DNA of 64,000 nt from Octopus vulgaris (GCA_951406725.2 OX597818.1:93124001-93188000), one strand, 5' to 3'; shown: positions 12,183 to 23,807, numbered from the stretch's first letter. Numbers and translations are program-made. Notes: generated by a model not told the origin, from the letters alone.

Positions 12183-12883
12183 GTAGTCAATTGTACACGG
12201 TAATAGAAATATTGTATCAAGAAGTTGCAGCCATGATGCAGAGCCGGTTGCGGTACGTGTCGTACGAAGTTGTGGGTGTAATGCTGCTGCCTGGTTCACT
12301 CGTACAGGAGTTCTCGCAGGTTGCATATTCGCTGTTAACCATAGTGGTGTAATTCACGAACAGTACTATGTTAGAACCTGTGCGGTGTTGCTGGTTGAGC
12401 TATGAACGTAGAGCTGTTGTTGACGTCGTTAAGAAGATGGTAGCAACGAAGAAAGATTGCCGTAATGCTGTTGGACGGGTATTGTCGTCTGGCTCGCATA
12501 TTGTATCTTTCCTGTTGATACAGGGTGAAGAAATTCACGAACAGTGCTGTGTTAGAACCTGGGCGTTTTGCTGTTGGACGGGTGTTGTCATCTGGTGTTG
12601 TCGCTGGAACTGGCTGTGTCTTGTGTGGTCAGTGGCTAGACCTTAAAAGGTCTGAAACCAAAGACATCGAGACGAGGAGTAGCTGGGGTTTTATAAGAAA
12701 CAGGAGGCTCAACAGGGTTGCGAACAGGCTGTCTCACGTGATCTTATTTAGGGGCTCCGATTGGTTATTTGCTGCATATTGGCGCGACAGAGTAAGAAAC
12801 AAATTGCGCTAATACCAACCAATCAGAGTAGTGGACACAACGGGGGTCCAAATAGTGGCCAAAAGCTAGCTGTTATCTGCTAC
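12183..12883 (-). mobile_element. Probable solo LTR
   Basis: GTAG...CTAC inverted ends with GTTT direct repeats. Minus-strand CCAAT boxes (12760, 12778) and TATAAAA (12689-12695). Internal ~30-bp direct repeats. Confidence 0.45.
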
Positions 12884-13021
12884 GTTTGTATGTACATATA
12901 TATAATAAAGGGAGAGGAATTTCACTCGAGTGTACGCTACAATGGGATTATGTCTGATGAGAGGTTCATCCGTCTCAACTCACTTGTCATAAGGACACAA
13001 GGTCAACGACTCGACAATAAT

Positions 13022-13238
13022 TAAGGTGCCGAACTGGCAGAATCGTTAGCACGCCAGGCAAAATGCTTAGCGACGTTTTACCCGTCTTTATGCTCTGAGT
13101 TTAAATTCTGCCGAAGTTGATTTTGCCTTTCATCCTTTCAGAGTTGTTAAAAAAAAAGTACCAGATGTGTACTGGAGTCGAAGTAATCGACTTACCCTCT
13201 CCCTTGGAATTGCAGGCTTCATGGCAAAATTTGAAACC
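13022..13238 (+). mobile_element. SINE family B, diverged
   Basis: AAGGTGCCGAACTGGCAGAATCGTTAGCAC...TTTGCCTTTCATCCTTTC. Confidence 0.75.
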
Positions 13239-13551
13239 AGTAATTACAAGAGTAACAATCCAGCATAGACTGTTAATAAATTCATTCCTGAAAAGGAAGT
13301 AATGTTAAGCGTTTAGGGGAGGGCTTGAAAGGTGACACAGTAAAAAGTTGGGGGAGGAAACAGATGAATTAAGTGGACTTGGAGGAAAAATGAATTCAAT
13401 TAGCTAGACAAAGGAGCATAGAATGTTATAGGAGAGATAGAAAAGAAAAACTAACGTGTCAGTGAATTTGTGCATGTGGTGTGTTCACGACTGAAGCGTT
13501 ATAAATCAGTTTAACGGTCTTCTTTTGCATGAAGTGTAAAATGTATGTTTA

Positions 13552-13983
13552 GCCGTAGGAGTGGCTGTGTGGTAAGTAGCTTGCTTACGAACCACATGGT
13601 TCCGGGTTCGTTACCACTGCGTGGCACCTTGGACAAGCGTCTTCTACTATAGCCTCGGGCCGACCAAAGCCTTGTGAGTGGATTTGGTAGACGGAAACTG
13701 AAAGAAGCCCGTCGTATATATATATATATATGTATGTATGTTTGTATGTATGTGTGTGTATATGTTTGTGTGTCTGTGTTTGTCCCCCCAACATCGCTTG
13801 ACAACTGATGCTGGTGTGTTTATGTCCCCGTAATTTAGCGGTTCGGCAAAAGAGACCGATAGAATAAATACGAAGCTTACAAGGAATAAGTCCTGGGGTC
13901 GATTTGCTCGACTAAACGCGGTGCTCCAGCATGGCCACAGTCAAATGACTGAAACAAGTAAAAGAGAGTCAAGAGTAAAAGAG
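13552..13983 (+). mobile_element. SINE family A, full length
   Basis: tRNA-like head (GTGGCTGTGTGGTAAG; GGTTCGTTACC), central TA/TG microsatellite, tail AAGTAAAAGAG repeats. Confidence 0.9.
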
Positions 13984-14329
13984 AGAGTGGCAGTACCGTC
14001 CTAATATGCAACTGGTACTCACAATGTGCGGTCATAGGTGTCGAAAATATCAAGTTCTTGGTAACCCGAACTGGGTGTCGTATTCTCAGGCATGCAAGTG
14101 GAATTTTTTAGAATAAAATAAAGGTAGATCGATTTATACACTTAGACGACTTTGGAAGACCGAAAACGCTGTAGGATTTGGAAAGATAGTGACGATATTT
14201 GAATGGTTACACATGCTTACCCTACATGTATGCCAGAAAATACGATAACCGATTTTCCTATCTACATCCGGAGCTAACTTACATTTCGGCGTTAGTTTAA
14301 TGAGATTACTAATAATTATTTCTAAGGCC

Positions 14330-15560
14330 GGCAACTTTCAGGAAGGGATGAAAGACAAAGTTGACCCAGGCAGGATTTGAACTCACAATGCAAAGCACCG
14401 AGAGAAGTATGCAAGACATTTTCCCAACATTCTAACGATTCAGCCAAGTCACCACTTCTTTAAAAAAAAAAAGGCAATAATTCAAGCAAAAGGCCAATAA
14501 TTCTGTGGAAGATGGTTAGTCGATACTATGGATCCTCAGTAACTGATGGTACTTTATTTTATTGATTTTAGTGATGGGGACGGTTCGGTGAAAGGCAAAG
14601 CTGTCCTCGGCCTGATTTGAATCTAGAAACTAGAGCTGAATGAATACAGTATGGTATTTTGTCGAAACTCTCTTACAATTCTGTCATTCCATAGCCCTGC
14701 AGTTTATAAGAATTCTTTCTTATTTAAGCAGATGGCCAGCAATTTGGAGGGGATGTTTAGGCGATTACATCGACGCCAGCACTTGGCTAGTACTTTATTT
14801 TATTGATCTTGGAGGGTTTAAAGGTAAGTTCGCCCTCGGCGGAATTTAAACTCAGAACATAAAGAGCCAGAACAAATAATACAAAGCATCTTTCCCGACG
14901 TTCTAACAACACTGCTAGCTCACCACCATTTTTTAAGAATAATAATCGTTTCTGATTCAGGAACGAGATCAGTAATTTTGAGGGAACGGGACTATTCGGT
15001 TCCATCGACTCCAGTACTGGACTGATACTTTATTTTATTCACCTCAGAGCACGAAAAGCAAAGTTGACTTTAGCGGATTTTGAACCCAGAACGTAGAACC
15101 GAACAAATAGCGGAGGGCAATTCCCGACGCTCTAATGATTCTACCACTCCATCACCCTGGAGTTTAATAATGGTTTCAAATTTCGGCACCAGACCAGCAA
15201 GACGATTGCATCGATCCCAGTGTTCAACCCTCGAAAGCATGAAAAGCAAAAGTCGGCCTCGGCAGAATTTCAACAAATAGAGTAAAGGTACCAGACGTGC
15301 AAACGATTCCTCCAGGTCGCCGCCTTAATTCATTCAATACAATATTCTTTTCTACTCTAGGCACAAGGCCCGAAATTTTTGGGGAGGGGGCCAGTCGATT
15401 AGATCGACACAGTACGTAACTGGTACTAAATTTATCGACTCCGAAAGGATGAAAGGCAAAGTCGACCTCGGTGGAATTTGAACTCAGAACGTACAGACAG
15501 ACGATATACCGCAAAGCATTTCGCCCGGCGTGCTAAAGTTTCTGCCAACATGCCGCCTTT
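14330..15560 (-). mobile_element. Head-to-tail cluster of about six family B SINE copies
   Basis: The GAAAGGCAAAGTCGACCTCGGCGGAATTTGAACTCAGAAC motif recurs near 14350, 14590, 14820, 15055, 15240 and 15450. Confidence 0.8.
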
Positions 15561-15760
15561 TATTTAATATAACATGACCATCAAATATGAAAGTACATTT
15601 ATTTATCAAAAGGGCAACTTCTTAGTAAGGGCGATAACTTTTGTTTAAACTTTGCAGAGTTATTACACACTATTACAATATTTTTAGAATGTCTTCCCCC
15701 TTCCCCTTTCCTCCCAAAAGAATTTACTATACTATACCGTGATTGTCACACTGCTAATTA

Positions 15761-15894
15761 ATGTCTACTACTACTACTACTACTACTAGCAGCGGCAGAA
15801 AGGACGATGACATCAACAACTGTATCAACGACAATAACTTCAAAAGCCAGAATCGTAACAGTTCAAAATTCCTAACAAACGAAAGAACTTGTTT
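15761..15894 (+). CDS. Candidate first coding exon ([44 protein letters not shown])
   Basis: Open frame from ATG to donor TT|GTATGT (phase 2); CpG-containing unique sequence at the CpG transition. Confidence 0.35.
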
Positions 15895-16032
15895 GTATGT
15901 GTGAATTTCACATAGCGGCAATAGTGCATATATGTATGTATGAATGTATATGTATATATATATACAAATATATATTTACACATACGAAATTCATTATAAA
16001 TGTATATGTATGTATGTATATATATATATATG

Positions 16033-16082
<50 letters not shown>

Positions 16083-16087
<5 letters not shown>

Positions 16088-16535
16088 ATTTTTGTGTAAT
16101 GAGATAAAAAAACCCAAGGCTGTGTAGATATTAGAACATTTATAGACACCTTCTCTCTATAAATGTTCTAATATATACAAGATTTGTACTCATACAAAGA
16201 TTCATCAAAGGACATTTTGATTTTTCTCTGCATGAGCATTTATTGTATTTGTTTGTATATAAGGCAGTCTTGACTCCATTTACTGGCATTGTTACCATGT
16301 TAGCTGTATCATAAGTATTTCTACTACTACAAATTGGATCATAGTTGGTGTTTATCATTGCAGTTTACATCTCCTTGGTTGGTATTTAGATGCAAGTGTT
16401 TGCTAGGTCCAGTAGGTGGATTGTTGAACCTTTGCTGCATTTTACTATTGTTTATGTGATGCATAAGCTGCTCTAAATTAGAAGAGTTGGTGAAGGATAC
16501 CTTGGTTTTTTTATCTCATTACACAAAAAATTCTT
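16083..16535 (-). mobile_element. Penelope-like fragment with inverted ends
   Basis: 16171-16500 is the reverse complement of 19595-19923 (encodes KCSCREKSKCPLMNLC). 16083-16119 and 16500-16535 are inverted repeats. Confidence 0.8.
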
Positions 16536-16739
16536 ATATACACACGCTGACATAGAACCAATGTTGAACCCATTATTCGCAAAATTACCGAATCTGGAAC
16601 TTAACTATGGTCTGTCTATAGCACTTATTCAGCATTACCTCACACCTTTGGGTCTCAATGACACCATTATCTCTTATATATATATGAGTGTCTATGTGTG
16701 TTTTGTGTATGATTATACATAAAAACATTTTAAAATTAG

Positions 16740-16832
16740 GTTAAAAAGCACCCTCTATGAATATGTCACATATAAGATATATTTATGCAAAAGAAAGGAG
16801 GAGGTTTTACCAGAAGAAATATATAAACAATG
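16740..16832 (+). CDS. Candidate 93-nt exon (LKSTLYEYVTYKIYLCKRKEEVLPEEIYKQ)
   Basis: TTAG| acceptor and TG|GTATGC donor, phase 2-2, in frame with 15761-15894. The pyrimidine tract is weak. Confidence 0.33.
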
Positions 16833-17481
16833 GTATGCATGTATACACACACAATAATGTGAGATTCTTTTGTATTGTGTGACATCTAAAAATTCGCAAT
16901 GGATTGAAACTCACTTGTTACTAGAAGAAAGACAATAAAAGGCTGGTTGTAATCCTTTTTCTTTTCTTTGCTCTCTTCCAAAAAATTTCAATTGATTAAG
17001 AATTTTTTACATACTTTAGGGTAACAATACCTTTTTGATATGAGTGAGTGTGTGTGTGAACAAATTCACACACGCATACACACACATATATATATATGCT
17101 TAAACACATACACATATATATATAGTATATGTATAGTGTACAGTTAGATGTACACTTGCTACTGTTGAGTTTAGCGCTCCACAGATTATCATCATCCAGT
17201 CTACTTCCAGTATAGCGTTTAGGTTACGACAATACTTAGTATTATTGCTGGCTATGATATACAGAGGAAATGTGGGAAAAATTATAATAATAAACAAGAG
17301 TTTATATCATTTGTTCCCGGTAAACGTTTTAACATTGTGGCTGTTTGGAATGACACCATTTGATGTTCCATGTGAAATTGGGGGCTTAACCACAATAGAT
17401 CATCAGAAGAATGCCTTATTGTATTGCTTCAGAAATTTATAACATTGTTTCCTTTTTGCATCACCATACCTGTATATATAT

Positions 17482-18642
17482 CATCATCATCATAGTCATC
17501 ATCATCATCATCATTTAACGTCCACTTTCCATGCTAGCATGGGTTGGACGATTTGACTGAGGACTGGCGAACCAGATGGCTGCACCAGGCTTCAATCTGA
17601 TCTGGCAGAGTTTCTACAGCTGGATGCCCTTCCTAACGCCAACCACTCCAAGAGTGTTGTCGGTGCTTTTACGTGCCACCGGCACAAGGGCCAGTCAGGT
17701 GGTACTGGCAATGGCCACACTCAAATGGTGTTTTTTACGTGCCACAAGCAGAGGAGCCAGTCCACTGGCAACAACTCGCTTGAATGTTTTTCACTTGCCA
17801 CCGGCACAAGTGCCAGTAAGGTGACGCTGGTAACAATCATGTTTGAATGGTGCTTTTTATATGCCAATGCCAGGGAAGCGAGTCAGCTGCTCTGGCAGTG
17901 ATCACGCTTGGATGGTGCTCTTAGCACTCCACTGGCACAGGTGCCAGTCATCAAATTTATGAATTTGATTTGATTTCAATTTCACTTGCCTCAACAGGTT
18001 GCAAGCAGAGTTTAGTATCCAGTGAAGGAAAGGTACGTATAAGTGGGCTGGTTACACCCCTGGCATAGGCCACAGGTTTCACTTGACTTTCTAGGTCTTC
18101 TCACGCACTGCATATTTCCAAAGGTTTCAGTCACTAGTCATTGCTTCAGTGAGGCCAAATGTTCGAAGGTCGTGCTTCACCACCTCATCCCAGGTCTTCC
18201 TGGGTCTACCTCTTCCGCAAGTTCCCTCAACTACTAGGGTGTGGCACTTTTTCACACAGCTATCCTCATCCATTCTTGCCACATGACCATACCAGCGCAG
18301 TCGTCTCTCTTGCACACCACATCTGATGCTTCTTAGGGCCAACTTTTCTCTCAAGGTACTTTCACTCTGTCGAGTATGCACACTGACATTACACATCTAT
18401 CGGATCATACTGGCTTCATTCCTTGTGAGCTTATGCATGTCCTCAGCAGTCACGGCCCATGTTTCACTGCCATGTAGCATGGTTTTTCATACACATGCAT
18501 CATACAGTCTACCTTTTACTCTGAGCGAGAGGTCTTTTGTCACCAGCAGAAGTAAGAGCTCTCTGAACTTTGCCCAGGCTATTCTTATTCCAGCAGCTGC
18601 ACTTTCAGCACACCCTCTCCCGCTACTGACTTGGTCACCTAG
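17482..18642 (-). mobile_element. RTE-clade LINE, 5'-truncated
   Basis: ORF fragments [10 protein letters not shown]...KGRLYDACV and [11 protein letters not shown]...GRGRPRKTW; 3' UTR with ~50-bp repeats and a (GAT)n tail. Confidence 0.88.
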
Positions 18643-18678
18643 CGGGGGAGGGTGCACTGAAAATGTAGCTGCTACAAT

Positions 18679-18737
<59 letters not shown>

Positions 18738-18793
18738 CATACCTTTGTTTATGTATATGTGTGTGTGTATATATCACCATACCTGTGTGTATG

Positions 18794-18827
<34 letters not shown>

Positions 18828-18829
<2 letters not shown>

Positions 18830-19127
18830 GATTCAAATGAATATGGTACTTAAGTTGAGGCACCAATTTAGTACAGTATTATCCATACAATTTCAAAGTA
18901 AGGTGATTAAAATCAAAATAAGCAGCAAGGATATTCAGAGGTAATGCAGTATGATCGATTCATGCAACCCCATTTAATTGAACAATGCAATTATTACATC
19001 AATTTTAAAGGCACAGCTGAAGATTGCTCTGCATTTTAAATTGATGTAATGATTGCATTGTTCAGTTAAATGGAGTTGCATGAAACGATCATACTGCATT
19101 ACCTCTGGATATCCTTGCTGCTTATTT

Positions 19128-19131
<4 letters not shown>
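18828..19131. mobile_element. Penelope-type inverted pLTR hairpin containing a hammerhead (19014-19096, +)
   Basis: 18912-19009 pairs with 19034-19131. CAG-CTGAAGA-long stem II-GAAA-CGATCA-TA-CTG, with stem III damaged by a G>A change. Confidence 0.7.
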
Positions 19132-19164
<33 letters not shown>

Positions 19165-19169
19165 TGCAG

Positions 19170-19408
19170 CAATATCAAAGGAAGGCTAACTGGGGAGATA
19201 GTTTTTGTATGTGGCAAATGCTCAGGTGCTATAAACACTGAAAATATGCAGAGAACAGCTTCTGCCACATTCCAGGGAGAAAAACTACAAGTAGTTGATA
19301 GCTTCCGTTACCTAGGGGGATCAAGTCAGTATGCTCTGAAAGTGTAGCTGCTAGAGTAAGAATAGCCTGGGCAAAGTTCAGAGAGCTCTTACCTCTACTG
19401 GTGACAAT
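19170..19408 (+). mobile_element. RTE-clade LINE internal fragment
   Basis: Encodes VVDSFRYLG and [19 protein letters not shown]. Confidence 0.8.
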
Positions 19409-19797
19409 CCTGTACAATACACTTGATCAAATAAGCCTAACAATAGATATAGGAATCAACTTGTCTTCTGGTTCAACCCAATTTTTGGTTTGCACGTTTC
19501 AACCAAGATCGCTGGAAAATTTTTTGCTGCTTTGGACAAGTATTTTTTAAAAAATCTAATCGGTATCATGCTATTTTTAATTGACACACCAGAAAGGTAT
19601 CCTTCGCCAACTCTTCTAATTTAGAGCAGCTTATGTATCACATAAACAATAGCAAAATGCAGCAAAGGTTCAACAATCCACCTACTGGATCTAGCAAACA
19701 CTTGCATCTAAATACCAACCAAGGAGATGTAAACTGCAATGATAAACACCAACTATGATCAATTTGTAGTAGTAGAAATACTTATGATACAGCTAAC

Positions 19798-20226
19798 ATG
19801 GTAACAATGCTAGTAAATGGAGTTGAGACTGCCTTATATACAAACAAATACAATAAATGCTCATGCAGAGAAAAATCAAAATGTCCTTTGATGAATCTCT
19901 GTATGAGTACAAATCTTGTATATAAATGTACCATGCACACAAGGGCAGGGTTGTATGTTTACATTGGGCAGATGGCCAATTCATTTAAGAATTGTTATCG
20001 TAACCATGTTGCCAGCTTTAAGACAATCAATAAAAGACATTCAACATCTTTGGCAGATTTTGTATGGCAGCTGAAGGAGGATAAAATGAAGTACAGTATT
20101 ATTTGGTCCATAGTAAGGTACACAGAACCATATAATATAATTTCCAGGAGATGCCGTCTCTGCTCCAAAGAATCCCTGTGTATTCTGTGGACTAATGAGA
20201 AGATCATTAATAGAATTTCTAAATGA
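19798..20226 (+). pseudogene. Penelope GIY-YIG endonuclease domain remnant
   Basis: The ORF has the Cys motif and VY...YIG signature; the upstream frame is disrupted. Confidence 0.85.
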
Positions 20227-20746
20227 CTTTCGAGTTGCCTACACACATATAAATGTGCATTCACACAATGCAGTGGGAATGAATTTTGAGTAACCATTAA
20301 CTTAATTTAATTTGTTGTGTCTGGGGAGAATTTGAATTGGGAGTTTGTATCATAGTGAATTAATTTATTTTAAGGTATGGATGACTTAAGTTTACTTTTA
20401 ACCTCCCCATTCTTACAAACACCAAGTAGATAGCTAACTCGCTTTGTGATCATGAGTGCACCGAACCTAATGTGTGCATTTACTCACATTTTTGTGGATG
20501 TTTGTATGAGCAAGTGTACTTGCGCCATGCAGCTTGCCCGAGGGCATATATACATCCATATCTGTTAATGGTTATTTTTAATACTTTTCTTGCTAGACTG
20601 CATGTTCATTTTTCTTTGTGCCAGCTGTAATTTTATTTTTGATCTTCTATATAAATGAAGATATTTCCTCCATCTGGCTGCTTTTCTTTCTACAAAATGA
20701 GAAGTTACATTGAAGAACAGTTATTTTAATGAATTGCATTTATTTA

Positions 20747-20850
20747 TCACCTGATGAGATACATCTGCACCACCGGATGCACCTGAATCAGTTGTTGAGT
20801 GTCCCACCCATGAGGAATCAATGATAGATGTGTCGAAACAATTGTCGTGA
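20747..20850 (+). ncRNA. Intact type I hammerhead ribozyme in the Penelope pLTR
   Basis: Stem I TCAC/GTGA; CTGATGA; 9-bp stem II GATACATCT/AGATGTGTC; GAAA; palindromic stem III ACAATTGT; GUC cut after 20846. Confidence 0.85.
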
Positions 20851-21162
20851 CTAATAATAAATTCTCATATATTCCAGCTTCTCTTTCATTTGCCATACAT
20901 ATATATATGGGGGTTGTCTACTCCTTATGCAGAGTTTGACCACATCCTGTACCTACACCTTAGAAGCATCATGGCATCTGATGTGGCTTTTTAAACCAGA
21001 CAATATTTTGAAAAGACAGCCACATAGATTGCATATCCGATTTGAACAACCAAGAGCTACAGATGAGTTCTGATTTTTCTGGATCTTAAAATGTCTTTAG
21101 AGGCCTCTGTTATATATGTATATTATATATATGTATATTATATATATATATATATATATATA

Positions 21163-21369
21163 TGAGGGGTACTGAAAAACTCCTGGCTTTTGGGTAAAAG
21201 AAAACACAGAAGGATCAATTAATTATGATTTTATTCAATATATTCCCCTCTCAAATTCACAAACTTATTGCAGTGGTCCATCAGCTTTTCTAAGCCCTGT
21301 AAAAGAACTCAGACCCAACCAAGCCTTTCACGATACCCTTAAAGCCAGGAACTTTTCAGCTCCTCCTTG
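21163..21369. mobile_element. Mariner-type MITE (second copy 29088-29305)
   Basis: TIRs GAGGGGTACTGAAAAACTCCTGGCTTT / AAAGCCAGGAACTTTTCAGC; TA flank. Confidence 0.75.
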
Positions 21370-21923
21370 CACACGCATGTGTGTGTGTGTGCATGTGTGT
21401 GTGTGTGTGTGCGCATGTATACATACACACGTATATACATACACATCAGCAGCAGTGGTGGCAGTAACTCATATTTGAGTAATTAACCAGTAGGAAGTAA
21501 TTGTCTCTCAGGTATTTAACACACATATATATATATATATACATATATATTTTTGTGTGTCATGCTGCTTTTGCAGATTCTCATGACTCTCTGTTGTCAT
21601 CCAATTCCATTATTTTAGGATGATGTCAGCAGCTGGAGAGCTGACCAGAACTAGGGGCTGACTGGAAGAGGAAGGTGAAGGAGTGGCGCAGGCAAGGGAG
21701 CATTGCCCCATTTTCGATCGGGGTAACTGACAGAGGTGGACATGTGAACGCTTTGTCAAGGTAAGGGAAAAGCAGCTGCTATTTTTAGCATTCGGGTTGG
21801 GCCACATGGAAGGGTGTGTTACCGCCGGAGAGGTCTGTGTCGAAGAAGAGAAGGTAGGTGTCTTTATTTCAAATCTCCTGCATACACCACAATTATTAAT
21901 TTAAATTGGGAGTTCATATCATA

Positions 21924-22373
21924 CTCTTTTACTTGTTTCAGTCATTTGACTGTGGCCATGCTGGAGCACTGCCTTTAGTCGAGCATATCGACCCCAGGAC
22001 TTATTCTTTGTAAGCCTAGTACTTATTCTATCGGTCTATTTTGCCGAACCGCTAAGTTACGGGGACATAAACATACCAGCATCGGTTGTCAAGCGATATC
22101 GGTGGGGACAAACACAGACACACAAACATATATACATACATACATATATATCGTCCAACCCGTGCTAGCGCGGAAAACGGACGTTAAACGATGATGATGA
22201 TGATGATATACACATATATATTTCAGTTTCCGTCTACCAAATCCACTCACAAGGCTTTGGTTGACCCAAGGCTATAGTAGAAGACACTTGCCCTATGTGC
22301 CACGCAGTAGGACTGAACCCAGAACCATGTAGTTCATAAGAAAGCTACTTACCACACAGCCACTCCTACGCCT
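21924..22373 (-). mobile_element. SINE family A with a short RTE 3' end inserted (22152-22207)
   Basis: Family A consensus interrupted by CGTCCAACCCGTGCTAGC...(GAT)n. Confidence 0.85.
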
Positions 22374-22875
22374 ACAAATCATAGTGAATCTTTCAATAGC
22401 TGATTGCACAATCATGGACACCACCCCTATGGATGCATTGCATTTACTCTCTTGATAAGGCTTGGTGATCTTGACTGTTGACCTTCTAGGATTACTCTGC
22501 TCAGCACCATTGGTTCAGCTGAGCTCTTCACAATCTGCAATGCTGCAGTGCTATGACTTTACCATATCCTTAGCAGGCTGGCTGAACAGGTACTATACTT
22601 TGCTCAAGGGTAACTAGTAACTATACAAGGCAGAGTTGTCACGTTGTGAGTCTGTCTTTGTTGCTCAATATATATATACATATGTATATAATGGCATGTG
22701 TGTGTGTGTGTGTGGATTAATTGGATTAATTGGATTGTTATAAAGTCGGTCAGTTATCAGAATAATAATGTGCCAAGGCAAAACCATAATGGAATGATAT
22801 TTCATTGTGGCAGTTGTAGTTATTGAGTTGGTATATTATTGATGAATATATGAATAATAAATGCTTATTATATAA

Positions 22876-22908
<33 letters not shown>

Positions 22909-23763
22909 ATACATGCATATATATATATGCGTACATATATATATATACATACATGCATATATATATATATATATATATATATAAGATCCAGGGATCAAGG
23001 TGTAGGAAGAAAGTTAGCTGCAAGCAATCTGTAGTAAATATAAAAAAGCAGCTTTCAGGAACAATAATGGTTTGTTGAGACAGAAGGTTGTGCGGTTTTT
23101 CCGTATCGAAGTATGAAAAACTGAAAAATGTTCTTTTTATGTTTCATAGTAGATGACCAGGGTTAAGGGCTGTGTGAATAAGAATACAGTAGTTATGGAG
23201 TAGATAAGATCTGTGCTACATATGTTTTAAAGTGAGCGGAACCGCAGAAGTGGTAAATACCCAAGTGAGGTGTATACCACTGGCTACACTTTAGGCCAAG
23301 TATATATATATATATATTATTTCAGGGAGTGACAAAATTAGAAAAAAGTGATGTCTGGCCACTTAGACAACAGAACTCAAAAATAAGTCTGTTTTCCACT
23401 TTTCCAATCCAAAGGGTTTCTTAACCCAATATTTAAGTGCTATTAATTATTGCTTTATCTACTTTGAGATTCACAGTTCCAAAACAATGAATTATTTCAT
23501 ATTCTTGATGTCAGTATCTTCGATTCTCACTGGTAAGGATAAAGTTCCTAAACTGGATAGAGAAATTCAAAGGATTGCTTTGGTTTAATGATAGAACGCC
23601 TGTCATGTTGAAGGAGATGTGAGTTCATGTGCTATGGATGGTCGTTTGTGAGTGGAATTTGCTAGATGGAAACTGAAAGAAGTCTGGTGTGTGTGTGTGT
23701 GTGTGTATGTGTGTATGTGTGTGTGTGTATGTTTGTGTGTGTATGTTTGCATATCACATCATT

Positions 23764-23807
<44 letters not shown>

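Larger units (their letters stand above)
19440..20897 (+). mobile_element. Penelope-like retroelement 3' part (GIY-YIG endonuclease plus pLTR)
   Basis: WFNP...AIFN and CSCREKSKCPLMNLC...LVYKC...YIGQ...FK..Y.NH..SF...W.LK...W.I...CRLC. A TATA-like motif, HHR and AATAAA (20856) follow. Confidence 0.9.

Noticed and set aside
12638-12653. Histone gene 3' end
   Set aside because: No histone ORF nearby; only the hairpin resembles it.
12947-12992. CTGATGA-GAG...CTC as a hammerhead
   Set aside because: No GAAA after stem II, and stem I is out of register.
13552-13625. tRNA genes at SINE heads
   Set aside because: A/B boxes are present but continue directly into SINE bodies, and I could not build a full cloverleaf.
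21619-21760. Exon between TTTTAG and AAG|GTAAGG
   Set aside because: Stops occur in all three frames; probably a degraded repeat.
23477-23532. Exon candidate CACAG|...CTG|GTAAGG
   Set aside because: Splice sites are plausible, but two frames are open and there is no homology cue, so I could not support a call.
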